Origin: Candidatus Multivoradales bacterium
GTDB taxonomy: Bacteria; Acidobacteriota; Thermoanaerobaculia; Multivoradales; Multivoraceae
NCBI GenBank assembly: GCA_965223325.1
Contig: CBDCWI010000002.1
Span: 712,351 to 776,350, forward strand
Reading direction: 5' to 3'
Length of the DNA: 64,000 bases
In this document: one piece after another, positions 9,528-18,560 of the stretch
How the letters are laid out: each line of letters starts with the position of its first letter
Numbering within the stretch: the stretch's first letter is position 1
Made by a program: the position numbers and the translations under genes
The notes under the pieces: generated by a model
What the model was told of the DNA's origin: nothing
The model's input: the letters and a program-made list of their open reading frames with translations, nothing else
Databases searched by the model: none

Positions 9528-10009
9528 GTCACCCTTGCGGCGATCGCGGTCCGGTGTGTCGGCCGCCTTCGTGGGCGCTCGCCCTGCAGGTGCGTCTTTG
9601 GACTTTGAAGGTCCGGCGCGCGCCGCGGATTCTTGGCTTCGTTGCCGCGCTCTACGCGTCCGGAAATGGAGTCCTTTCGCATCGTGCCTGCTGACCTTGA
9701 GGGAACAGTGCGCGTCGCGGGTTCTGGCCTTCGTTGCCACGCTCTGCGCGTCCGGACATGGAGTCCTTGTGCATCGCAAATGAAGGAGTGCGTTCGGGGC
9801 AACTAACCAACCCGGCCGCGGCGGCGGGCAGCACACTCCGGCGAAAAGGTGTCAACCGGCCGTTCGCCAGGAAACCCATGCTCCCTACGCGTTCTCACGA
9901 TCCACGTTTCATCGAAGGCAAGAATCCGCGGCGCGCGCTCGAACCCTCGAACGCCAAAGACGCGCCGGCAGGGCGAGCGCCCACAAAGGCCGCCCCCACA
10001 ACGGACCGC
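9528..10009. repeat. Mosaic of repeated units: roughly 110-bp inverted repeat (9528-9641 versus 9913-10009 plus 11923-11937) and 92-bp-period direct repeat (9618-9684 versus 9710-9776)
   Basis: By-eye alignment shows long shared strings such as gtgggcgctcgccctgc, cgcgcgccgcggattctt and gcgtccgga.atggagtcctt. Confidence 0.9.
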
Positions 10010-10013
10010 TTGG

Positions 10014-11922
10014 ATACGCCGGGATAAACCGGCATGGAGAAAGGAATGAGAGAGTCCCACCCTCGAAGGGGTAGCGACCCAGAGGGTCCCCGAGTCATGC
10101 GCCGGCTCCCGCGAGGGTGCGGTGAAGCGTTGACAGGGGCACACACAGGCCGGGTATTGAGCCGCGAAATAAGAATTTGGGAGTGCCGACGCTGTCAAGC
10201 GAAGCGGAAGGCGAGACTCCGTAGCGCGCTATCGCGAGCTCTGCGGCGACTCCCCGCGGTCGTAGACCCTGTGCATGTGTGGAATCTCCATGCGCGAGAA
10301 CCGGGAGATCCGCGATCTGGCCAGTTGGGTATCTGGTCCGCATCGGGAAGGCTAGAGGCCGTAAGCCGATGACGCACGGATGGCGGAAGTCAGACAGGCC
10401 CGTAGTACCTGCGAAGTCGTCGAACAACGGTGGGAGACCAGCGGCGGAGGCGGTGGAGGGAAGGGGCCTGGCCAAGGGGAACACGGGCAAGCAAAACGCA
10501 CCCCGGACACAGAGCCGGATGGAGAGTGCGAGCAATGCGCTGGGTCGTGTACGAGAAGCCGCCCGCAGGGGCAAGGAAGTGAAGTTCACAGCGCTTCTTC
10601 ACCACATCACGGTCGAGCGACTCCGGAGCGCATTTGACGTGTTGCACCGAGACGCAGCGGCAGGAGTGGACGGAGTGTCATGGAGCGAGTACGCAGAATC
10701 TTTGCTGAGCAATCTCGAGGACCTGCACTCTCGTGTCCACCGTGGGAGCTACCGGGCGAGTGCGACTCGTCGCGTCTACATCGAGAAATCGGATGGGCGG
10801 TTCCGACCGCTTGGCATCGCCACGTTGGAGGACAAGATCCTTCAGCGCGCCGTCGTCTCGGTGTTGGATGCGATCTACGAGGAAGACTTTCTCGGGTACT
10901 CATACGGATTCAGGCGAGGCCGCAGCCAGCACGATGCTTTGGATGCGCTATTCGTTGGAATCACAAAGCGGAAGGTGAACTGGGTGCTCGACGCAGACAT
11001 TCGTGGGTTCTTCGATGCCCTGGACCACGAGTGGCTGGTGAAGTTTCTCGAGCACCGTATCGGAGACCGTAGGATCCTTCGCCTCATCCAGAAATGGCTG
11101 AGGTCCGGAGTGATGGAAGACGGTAAGTGGCACGCGAGCACGCGGGGGACTCCTCAGGGGGCGACGATTTCGCCTCTCCTCGGGAACGTGTACCTGCACT
11201 ACGTGCTCGATCTCTGGGTCCAGCAGTGGAGGAAACGCAACGCGCTTGGGGACATGATCTTCGTGCGCTACGCGGATGACTTCATCGTTGGATTTGAGAG
11301 GCAGGAGGAGGCAGAACGATTCCTCGAGGAACTGAACCTGCGACTCCGTGACTTCTCGTTGGAGATCCAACCCGAGAAGACGCGCCTGCTGGAGTTTGGC
11401 CGCTTTGCGGCCTACAACCGACGCGCGCGAGGTCTCGGGCGGCCGGAGACCTTCGAGTTTCTAGGCTTTACGCACTGCTGTGCGCAGTCTAGTCGAGGGA
11501 GGTTCTTGCTGAAGCGCATCACGAGCCGCCACCGAATCCGCAGGACACTGAAGGCTGTCGGTACGGCCCTTCTGGGACACCGACACTCGCCGCTACCAGA
11601 GCAAGGTCTCTGGCTGGGATCCGTGGTGCGAGGCTTCAATGCCTACTACGGCGTACCCGGCAACTCAGCGGCGTTGAACGCCTTTCGACAGGAGGTCATT
11701 CGGCACTGGATGCGCGCTCTGCGCCGACGCAGTGACAAAGACCGCACGTCCTGGAAACGGATGTGGGCCCTGGTGGCCCACTACCTACCCAAAGCCCGAG
11801 TCCAACATCCCTGGCCTGATGAGCGACTTGTCGTCAATACCTGAGGCAGGAGCCCAGTGCATTAGCAGTGCACGCTGGGATCTGTGCGGGGGGCGCCGGG
11901 CAACCGGCGCTCCTACCGCGAT
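10014..11922 (+). mobile_element. Group II intron (endonuclease-less; resembles bacterial class E, class assignment is inference)
   Basis: Domain V gAGCccagtgc...gcACgctgggatc with AGC triad at 11851-11853, domain VI ending ctaccgcgAT at 11922, an RT ORF, and an intron-like 5' region (ccgg-gataaa-ccggcatggag...gagccgcgaaa...gaccctgtgcatg...gaaccgggagatcc). The 5' boundary is uncertain by 1-3 nt. Confidence 0.92.
10369..11844 (+). CDS. ltrA: Group II intron reverse transcriptase/maturase
   Basis: AAGVDG, RRVYIEKSDG..RPLGI..LEDK, SYGFR.GRSQHDAL, VLDADIRGFFD, GTPQGATISPLLGNVYLH, RYADDF and FLGF motifs; domain X ends HPWP; no HNH/En domain. Confidence 0.97.
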   Translation: MTHGWRKSDRPVVPAKSSNNGGRPAAEAVEGRGLAKGNTGKQNAPRTQSRMESASNALGRVREAARRGKEVKFTALLHHITVERLRSAFDVLHRDAAAGVDGVSWSEYAESLLSNLEDLHSRVHRGSYRASATRRVYIEKSDGRFRPLGIATLEDKILQRAVVSVLDAIYEEDFLGYSYGFRRGRSQHDALDALFVGITKRKVNWVLDADIRGFFDALDHEWLVKFLEHRIGDRRILRLIQKWLRSGVMEDGKWHASTRGTPQGATISPLLGNVYLHYVLDLWVQQWRKRNALGDMIFVRYADDFIVGFERQEEAERFLEELNLRLRDFSLEIQPEKTRLLEFGRFAAYNRRARGLGRPETFEFLGFTHCCAQSSRGRFLLKRITSRHRIRRTLKAVGTALLGHRHSPLPEQGLWLGSVVRGFNAYYGVPGNSAALNAFRQEVIRHWMRALRRRSDKDRTSWKRMWALVAHYLPKARVQHPWPDERLVVNT

Positions 11923-11938
11923 CGCCGCAAAGGTGACG

Positions 11939-11976
11939 CTCGTAGGGCCCGTGGTAAGAAGCACGGGCCCTACGAG
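11939..11976. repeat. Perfect 15-bp GTAG-containing hairpin (REP-like) just downstream of the intron
   Basis: ctcgtagggcccgtg-gtaagaag-cacgggccctacgag. Confidence 0.8.
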
Positions 11977-12141
11977 ACCTGAGTGAAACCTACTCAGGGA
12001 ATATCCCGTATCAGGTGCGGGTTTTCTCAGTCCGTCGATGAAGATTCGCCGAAGTTGGCCTAGATTTGCTAGATTTCGGTTGCCGATACACCTTCCGTGG
12101 CCCTTCGAGGGGCGGAAGCAGCCCCTGGAAGGGAGCACACT

Positions 12142-14604
12142 TTGAGCGAAAACAAGAAGTTCACCATTCCCCTGGTTGCCCTTCGGCAGCTGGTCCTGCT
12201 GCCGGGAGTGACCCTGCCGGTCGTGGCAGGTCGTCCACGCACCCTGCGGGCAATCGACGCCGCGACGTCAGATTCCGACAACAACCCCGACCAGCTCATC
12301 TTTTGCGTGCTGCAGCGTGAAAACTCCGATGAGATCGATCCCGGCGCGCTGCACACCATCGGCACGCTCGCTCGCATCGACCAGATCCAGCGCGGTCTCG
12401 GTGGCGCACAACTCCTGGTCAGTGGCCTGAAGCGCGCCATCGCACTGCGCATCGAAGACAAGGACGGTCACTACGAGGCCACCGTTACCGGGGCCGAGGA
12501 GATGATGCCGCAGGATGACAAGGACCTGGCCTTCGTCGCCTTGCACAAAGAGGCGCGTCAGCGGGCCAGTGAGCTCGGGCAGAAGACTGGCCTGCCGTCT
12601 GAGATCACCGAGCAGGTGCTCTCATCGGTCGATCATCCGGGACGCTTCGCCGACATGGTCGCGGGCTACCTCGATGTCGACGTCAGCGAACGACAGCGCA
12701 TCCTCGAGACTCTCGATATCGAAGAGCGCCTGCGACGCATCCTGATGCTGATCGGGCGCCAGCTGGGTGTCCTCGAAGCGCAGCAGGACATCAAGAGCGC
12801 CGTCCAGGAAGAGCTCGGTGACCGACAGCGCGAGATGTATCTGCGCGAGCAGCTCAAGGCGATTCAGCGCGAGCTCGGCGATGATGACGGCTCCGACGAT
12901 GACCTAGAAGAGCTGCGTGAACGCCTCCAGGCTCTCGATCTCGAGCCGGCGGCGCGCAAGGAGGTCGACCGTGAGCTCGGCCGTCTCGGTCGCATGAACC
13001 GTGAATCGATGGAGACTCAGGTCATTCGTTCCTTCCTCGAGACGGTGGCCGAACTGCCATGGAACGAGCGCTCCGTGGATGCCCTCGACCTCCTCGCAGC
13101 GAGCGAGATCCTCGACGAAGATCACCACGGCCTCGACGACGTCAAGGATCGGGTGCTCGAGTTCATGGCGGTACGCCAAATGCGCCAACGTCGCGGCGCA
13201 GCAGAACAGGACACCGACAGCGAAAACGGCGCCCAAAGCCAGAAGCGCGCCGAAGGTCGCAGCCCGATCCTGCTCTTCTCGGGGCCTCCGGGAGTTGGCA
13301 AGACATCGCTGGCGCGCTCGATTGCACGCGCAATGGGCCGTGAGTACGTGCGCATTTCGCTCGGTGGTGTACGCGACGAAGCGGACATTCGTGGCCATCG
13401 GCGGACCTACGTTGGCGCGATGCCCGGGCGCATCATCAAGGGCATGAAGGAGGCGGGGACGCGCAATCCGGTCTTCCTGCTCGACGAAGTCGACAAGCTG
13501 GGTGCGTCCATGCACGGTGATCCGGCCGCCGGCCTGCTCGAGGTCCTCGACCCAGCGCAGAACGACAGCTTTACCGACCACTACCTGGGTATCCCCTTCG
13601 ATCTTTCCGAAGTGATGTTCATCGCGACCGCAAACTTCGTCCAGAACATCCCCGGACCGCTGCTCGATCGCATGGAAGCCATCGACTTCTCCGGCTACAC
13701 CGAGGGCGAGAAGCTCGAGATCGCGCGCCGCTATCTGCTCCCGCGTCAGCTCGAAGAAGGTGGCCTGACCAGCGCGCAGCTCGAGGTCGGAGACGACGCT
13801 CTACAGGCAATCATCGCGCGCTACACCCGCGAGGCCGGCGTCAGGCAGCTCGAGCGCGAGCTCGGTCGAGTGGTGCGCAAGGTGGCCCGCAAGCTCTCGA
13901 CCTCGGCACCGGAAACGTCGATCCGTCTCGATGCGGAAAGCCTCACCGAGTTGCTCGGTCGCGAGAAGGTCCACCCTGAGCGCGCCGCCGAAGCCAGCGC
14001 AGTCGGCATCGCAACCGGGATGTACTACACCCCGGTCGGGGGCGACATCATGTTTGTCGAAGTTTCGACCATGTCGGGCAAAGGTGAGCTGGTGCTCACC
14101 GGGCAGCTCGGCGACGTGATGAAGGAGTCGGCGCGCGCCGCCTGGAGTTGGGCACGCGCAAATGCCGACCGTCTCGGGATTCCAGCCGAGCGCTTCGAAA
14201 GCGACGTGCACATCCACTGCCCCGCAGGAGCGATTCCCAAGGACGGTCCCTCCGCCGGCGTAACCATGGCCACCGCCCTGGTTTCCGCACTCAGCGGCCG
14301 CACTGCGCGTCATGACCTCGCCATGACCGGCGAGATCACGCTCTCGGGTCGAGTACTTCCGATTGGCGGCGTCAAAGAGAAGCTGCTGGGTGCTCTGCGC
14401 GCCGGAATCGACGAGGTCGTGATCCCGAAGGAGAACGAGAAGGATCTCGACGACCTCAGCGACGACGTACGCAGTCGCCTGGAGATCACTCTCGCCGGCA
14501 CCCTGGACGAGGTCCTCGACGCAGCGCTCAGCGGACCGGTCGACGCGCCTGTCCTGCATGAAGACCCGGCGGGTGGCGACGAACTGCCCGGCGAAGCGAA
14601 CTGA
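12142..14604 (+). CDS. lon: ATP-dependent Lon protease
   Basis: Lon N-domain, Walker [16 protein letters not shown], catalytic PKDGPSAG and GGVKEK. TTG start with GGGAG RBS. Confidence 0.98.
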   Translation: MSENKKFTIPLVALRQLVLLPGVTLPVVAGRPRTLRAIDAATSDSDNNPDQLIFCVLQRENSDEIDPGALHTIGTLARIDQIQRGLGGAQLLVSGLKRAIALRIEDKDGHYEATVTGAEEMMPQDDKDLAFVALHKEARQRASELGQKTGLPSEITEQVLSSVDHPGRFADMVAGYLDVDVSERQRILETLDIEERLRRILMLIGRQLGVLEAQQDIKSAVQEELGDRQREMYLREQLKAIQRELGDDDGSDDDLEELRERLQALDLEPAARKEVDRELGRLGRMNRESMETQVIRSFLETVAELPWNERSVDALDLLAASEILDEDHHGLDDVKDRVLEFMAVRQMRQRRGAAEQDTDSENGAQSQKRAEGRSPILLFSGPPGVGKTSLARSIARAMGREYVRISLGGVRDEADIRGHRRTYVGAMPGRIIKGMKEAGTRNPVFLLDEVDKLGASMHGDPAAGLLEVLDPAQNDSFTDHYLGIPFDLSEVMFIATANFVQNIPGPLLDRMEAIDFSGYTEGEKLEIARRYLLPRQLEEGGLTSAQLEVGDDALQAIIARYTREAGVRQLERELGRVVRKVARKLSTSAPETSIRLDAESLTELLGREKVHPERAAEASAVGIATGMYYTPVGGDIMFVEVSTMSGKGELVLTGQLGDVMKESARAAWSWARANADRLGIPAERFESDVHIHCPAGAIPKDGPSAGVTMATALVSALSGRTARHDLAMTGEITLSGRVLPIGGVKEKLLGALRAGIDEVVIPKENEKDLDDLSDDVRSRLEITLAGTLDEVLDAALSGPVDAPVLHEDPAGGDELPGEAN

Positions 14605-14642
14605 GCTGAGCTGGCTGGCTCCACGGCCAGCCTACTGAGAGA

Positions 14643-14670
14643 CGAGGCTCCGGCGCACCCCGGAGCCTCG
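14643..14670. terminator. GC-rich hairpin after lon, possible terminator
   Basis: cgaggctccgg-cgcacc-ccggagcctcg; no clear U-tract. Confidence 0.45.
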
Positions 14671-14674
14671 GCGC

Positions 14675-15112
14675 TTGACCCTGGCGCCCTGGGAGCCAGA
14701 GAATGCTGCGGTGAATCCCGACTCTGTCTCGCCCGTGGAGCACTCGACAGCAACAGTCTCGACGGCTGAGGATACGCTCGGCAAGAGCGGCTACGGCAAC
14801 CTTCGCGACCTCGCCCTTCCGGTCCTGGTCTCGTCGTGTAGCAACATCGTGCTGGCGTGGCTCTACCTGCGTTCAGGCTGCCTAGGACTCGTCCTGACCG
14901 GTCCTATGGTCCTGCTCGCCGTCCAGGAGTTTCTGTACTTTGGGCACCTACCCCGAGAGGGGTACGAAGAGTTGAAGCGGCGCGGTCGCCTGATCGGGCT
15001 GTTCGAGCTCGGGATCGGGGTCTTCAACCCCGTGGCGTTCGTTTGCGGCGTCCTGCTTCTACTCGCCCTGCGGCGGAGGGCTCGGTCAGCCCAGCCAGCG
15101 TCGGCAACCTAG
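14675..15112 (+). CDS. Hypothetical small membrane protein (start uncertain, possibly GTG 14711)
   Basis: Three or four hydrophobic segments. Its stop TAG is part of the CTAG flanking the 158-bp element. Confidence 0.55.
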   Translation: MTLAPWEPENAAVNPDSVSPVEHSTATVSTAEDTLGKSGYGNLRDLALPVLVSSCSNIVLAWLYLRSGCLGLVLTGPMVLLAVQEFLYFGHLPREGYEELKRRGRLIGLFELGIGVFNPVAFVCGVLLLLALRRRARSAQPASAT

Positions 15113-15270
15113 TACCCCGTACCATTGGAACGGATAGTGGCTGAGTGGATGATCGTGCTCGATATCAAGGCGTCACGACGCAGGCATATTGGTCTTCTGT
15201 CGAGGAGTGACAACGCAGAGATCGAGTGCGAGGAACGCTCAGACGCTGTGCGGTTCAATGGTACGGGGTA
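15113..15270. mobile_element. 158-bp inverted-repeat-bounded non-coding element (MITE-like), copy 1
   Basis: Perfect 15-bp TIR TACCCCGTACCATTG/CAATGGTACGGGGTA, flanked on both sides by CTAG (15109-15112 and 15271-15274). Confidence 0.85.
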
Positions 15271-15274
15271 CTAG

Positions 15275-15432
15275 TGCATCGTCCCCGAAGTTCGGGCACG
15301 ACAGCGGAAGTCAGTTTCGTTCGTTGTCCAGGCGCCAGGAGGCAGGAATACTGGGAATCTGTCGACGACCGGCAACGACGGCAGGGGGCGAAAGAGGCCG
15401 CGGGGTGGTGCGCGAACTTCGGAAACGATGCA
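15275..15432. mobile_element. 158-bp inverted-repeat-bounded non-coding element (MITE-like), copy 2
   Basis: TIR TGCATCGTCCCCGAAGTTCG / CGAACTTCGGAAACGATGCA (18/20, extendable), flanked by CTAG and CCAG. The core is homologous to copy 1 at identical offsets. Confidence 0.85.
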
Positions 15433-15480
15433 CCAGACCCGGGCTGCTAGAGTCTCCTCGCGCAAGAGCGGCCTGGACCT

Positions 15481-17766
15481 ATGCAGCGGCCACCAGCTGA
15501 GAACGCTCGTCGCCATTCCCCCATGCTTCCCTCCGCTCTTCGATGGGCGCGTTCAGGTCTCGAGTTGACCTGCGCCGCCGCTACCACCCTCGGCCTGCTT
15601 GCCGCCTTGTGTTCACCCGTCTCCGCTGCCGGCCTCGGCAGCCGGCAGAGTCCAATGAGCGCGCCGCCGAGCATCGCCGCTCTGCACACAGAAGACGACC
15701 TGCGCGTCGACGGTGTCTTTGACGAAGCCGCCTGGAGCACCGCAATGGCCGGCGGTGGCTTTGTCCAGCACGATCCCTACGACGGTGTACCCGCCACCGA
15801 GGATACCGAGATCCGCGTGCTGTACACGTCCTCGACGCTCTACGTCGCGGTCATCGCCCACGACTCTAAGCCGGAAGCAATCACGGCGCGCGAAATGTCG
15901 CGCGACGGGGCACTGCGGCGCGACGACAGCATCATCCTTTTACTCGACACGTTCCACGACGGCCGCAATGCCTACTTCTTCGAAACCAATCCCAACGGCG
16001 CCCGCGGTGATGCTCTGATCACTGACGAAGGTCGCGACGTGAACTTCGAGTGGGACGGCATCTGGGCGGTGGCATCACGCACCACTGCCACCGGCTGGCA
16101 GGCCGAGTTCGCGATTCCCTTCTCTACCCTGCGCTACGAACCCGGCCTCGAAACCTGGGGTCTCCAGGTGTCACGCCAGGTTCAGCGCTTGCGCGAGGAG
16201 AGCTTCTGGGCACCGGCGCCGCGCGAGGCCGACGTCTTCCGCATGTCACTGGCCGGAGACCTGACGGGTATCGACTTGCGCTCGCCCTCGCGACAGCTCG
16301 ATGTCAAGCCGTACATCGTTGCCGCGGCTCGCCAGGACGAGGAAACGGACACCTCGAGCGAAGACGCCGATCTCGGCCTCGACATCAAATGGGGAATCAC
16401 CCGAGGACTCACCCTCGATCTGACCTACAACACCGACTTCGCGGAGGTCGAAGTCGACGACCAGCGCGTCAACCTGACGCGTTTCTCCCTCTTCTTTCCC
16501 GAGAAGCGTGAGTTCTTCCTCGAGAACGCCGGCATCTTCGAGTTTGGCCAGCGCAGCGGTCGCCGGAGCTTTGGTTCACCACTGCTCAAGATCTTCTTCT
16601 CTCGCCGTATCGGTCTGGTCGACGGCGAACGGGTTCCCATCGAGTGGGGTACCCGACTCACCGGCCGAATGGGCGAGTGGAGTCTCGGGGTACTGGACGT
16701 ACAGACCGACAGTCTGGTGACCGAGGAGCTCGATATCTTCGGCGAAACCAACTTCGGCGTCGTGCGAGTCAAGCGCAACCTCGGTGAGCGCTCGAGTATT
16801 GGTGCGATCTACACCCGTCGCTCCGAACGTGGCGCCGCAGACAACCAGGTCTACGGCATCGACGCCGACTGGAACCCCACCGATCGCATCAATGTCAACG
16901 GTTTCTTCGCCCAGAGCGACGACGACGACCTCCGCACCAGCGACGACACCGCGGTTGGTGCGAAGGCGAGCTTCGAGGGCCGTGAGCTCACTGCTGGGCT
17001 CGAGGTGCAACAGATCGAGGGTGACTTCAACCCCGAGGTGGGCTTTCTCTTGCGCGAAGACATCAGGCGCTACAAACCGCAGATCGAGTGGAACCCGCGG
17101 ATCGAGAAAGCCGGCATCAGGTCCCTCTCTTTCGAGATCCAATCCGAGTACGTCGAGAAGATCGACGGACCGCTCGAGTCTCACAACCTAGAACTCACAT
17201 ACTTCGGCGTACGCACCTTCAAGAACGACGGCTTCCGCCTGCGCATCGAGCGTGACGACGAGCGCCTCTTCGAAGAGTTCGAGATCTCGGACGGAGTCAT
17301 CATTGCGCCCGGCCGCTACACGTCCGATCCGCGGTTCGGCATCTTCGGTTTCACCAGCGAGGCGCGGCTCTTTTCCATGCGCGGAGGCCTCGAGCGTGGT
17401 GGCTTCCTGAGCGGTGACCGCGACAGCGTGTTCCTGCGTCTCGCCGCCCGGCCTTCGAAGTTCTTCCGCGCCTCCACTGGCTACTCCTACAACATGGTGG
17501 ATCTTCCAGAAGGCCAGTTCAGCACCCACGTCGTCAACCAACGGTTCGACGTGTCGTTCACGCCCGACCTCTTGTGGAACAGTACCGTGCAGTGGAACGA
17601 TGCGAACGACACGCTGGGAATCAACCTGCGCTTGAACTGGATCTATCGCCCAGGAGCCGACCTGTTCGTCGTCTACAACCAGACCTGGGACACCCCAGCC
17701 GGTGCCACCACCACAACGCGTGATCGCGCCTTCCTGGTGAAGTTCACCTATCTGTTCCGCGGCTAG
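15481..17766 (+). CDS. CBM9-like sugar-binding plus DUF5916 outer-membrane beta-barrel protein
   Basis: Signal peptide, VDGVFDEAAW, DTFHDGRNAYFFETNPNG, LDLTYNTDFAEVEVD..VNLTRFSLFFPEKREFFLE, C-terminal KFTYLF. The start may be 15523. Confidence 0.85.
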   Translation: MQRPPAENARRHSPMLPSALRWARSGLELTCAAATTLGLLAALCSPVSAAGLGSRQSPMSAPPSIAALHTEDDLRVDGVFDEAAWSTAMAGGGFVQHDPYDGVPATEDTEIRVLYTSSTLYVAVIAHDSKPEAITAREMSRDGALRRDDSIILLLDTFHDGRNAYFFETNPNGARGDALITDEGRDVNFEWDGIWAVASRTTATGWQAEFAIPFSTLRYEPGLETWGLQVSRQVQRLREESFWAPAPREADVFRMSLAGDLTGIDLRSPSRQLDVKPYIVAAARQDEETDTSSEDADLGLDIKWGITRGLTLDLTYNTDFAEVEVDDQRVNLTRFSLFFPEKREFFLENAGIFEFGQRSGRRSFGSPLLKIFFSRRIGLVDGERVPIEWGTRLTGRMGEWSLGVLDVQTDSLVTEELDIFGETNFGVVRVKRNLGERSSIGAIYTRRSERGAADNQVYGIDADWNPTDRINVNGFFAQSDDDDLRTSDDTAVGAKASFEGRELTAGLEVQQIEGDFNPEVGFLLREDIRRYKPQIEWNPRIEKAGIRSLSFEIQSEYVEKIDGPLESHNLELTYFGVRTFKNDGFRLRIERDDERLFEEFEISDGVIIAPGRYTSDPRFGIFGFTSEARLFSMRGGLERGGFLSGDRDSVFLRLAARPSKFFRASTGYSYNMVDLPEGQFSTHVVNQRFDVSFTPDLLWNSTVQWNDANDTLGINLRLNWIYRPGADLFVVYNQTWDTPAGATTTTRDRAFLVKFTYLFRG

Positions 17767-18560
17767 CCACTCAGTACCGCGGAGAGAAAGGCGTCGCCGC
17801 CCTCGGTGTGTACGTTGTGGCCAACGCCCGCGAGCACCACCAGGCGCGCGTTCGGAAAGTAGCGGCGAGCCGCCGCAAAGCCCTCGTCGGTGATGTAGTC
17901 CGAGTCACCACCGGCGATGAACTGACATGGCCCCAGGTAGCGATCGTCATCGTCGAGGGGGTTCTCGAAGATCGCCGCCGGTCTCTCTTTCAGAATCTCG
18001 AGTGGAATCGACCACCGGTAGCCGTCTCCCGAGCGCGCCAGGTTGGTGAGGAGAAACAGCCGCGTGGCACGGTCTGGAATCGCCTCCAGTAGCTGTTCCT
18101 CAGCATCGCTGCGGGTTCTGACCTTGGTCAGATCGACGGCCAGGAGAGCGTCGAGGATCTCGGTACCCACCACATAGTCCACCGGTGCAATGTCGAGCAC
18201 CGAGAGGTCAGCGATGCGTTCCCCGACGTCAGAGGCCAGCCGCATGGCGGTTTTGCCACCCATCGAATGCCCAATCAGACGCACTCTTTCGAGGCCCGAC
18301 CCATCGAGGTAGCGGAGCACGTCAGCAGCCATTGCCCGGTAGTCGTGTGGCCGGGCGTGCGGAGAGCGACCGTGGTTTCGCAGGTCGAGAACATGGACCG
18401 GACCGCCGGAAGCCAGCTTGCGCGCCACCGCAACCCAGCTCCGCGACGAGCCGTAGAGCCCGTGCAGCACGACGATGGGCAGGGCGTCGGCGGGCGCATC
18501 GGGCGCCGCCTCGAAGGTTCGCCCGACCAGCTCGACCGGAACGGAACCAGCCTCAGTCAC
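17763..18560 (-). CDS. Alpha/beta-fold esterase (YbfF/ABHD11-like)
   Basis: LHGLYGS, DLRNHGRSPH, GHSMGGK nucleophile and GHNVH motifs. The GTG start overlaps the SDR stop. Confidence 0.9.
   Translation of the reverse strand: MTEAGSVPVELVGRTFEAAPDAPADALPIVVLHGLYGSSRSWVAVARKLASGGPVHVLDLRNHGRSPHARPHDYRAMAADVLRYLDGSGLERVRLIGHSMGGKTAMRLASDVGERIADLSVLDIAPVDYVVGTEILDALLAVDLTKVRTRSDAEEQLLEAIPDRATRLFLLTNLARSGDGYRWSIPLEILKERPAAIFENPLDDDDRYLGPCQFIAGGDSDYITDEGFAAARRYFPNARLVVLAGVGHNVHTEGGDAFLSAVLSG

Noticed and set aside
10369-11844. RT as retron, DGR, CRISPR-associated or defence RT
   Set aside because: It has group II intron RT motifs, domain X, and flanking intron domains V/VI. No template/variable repeats, msr-msd or cas genes are present.
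15113-15432. The 158-bp units as integron attC sites or CRISPR repeats
   Set aside because: They lack RYYYAAC/GTTRRRY core sites and cassette ORFs, and the units are too long and too divergent for CRISPR repeats.
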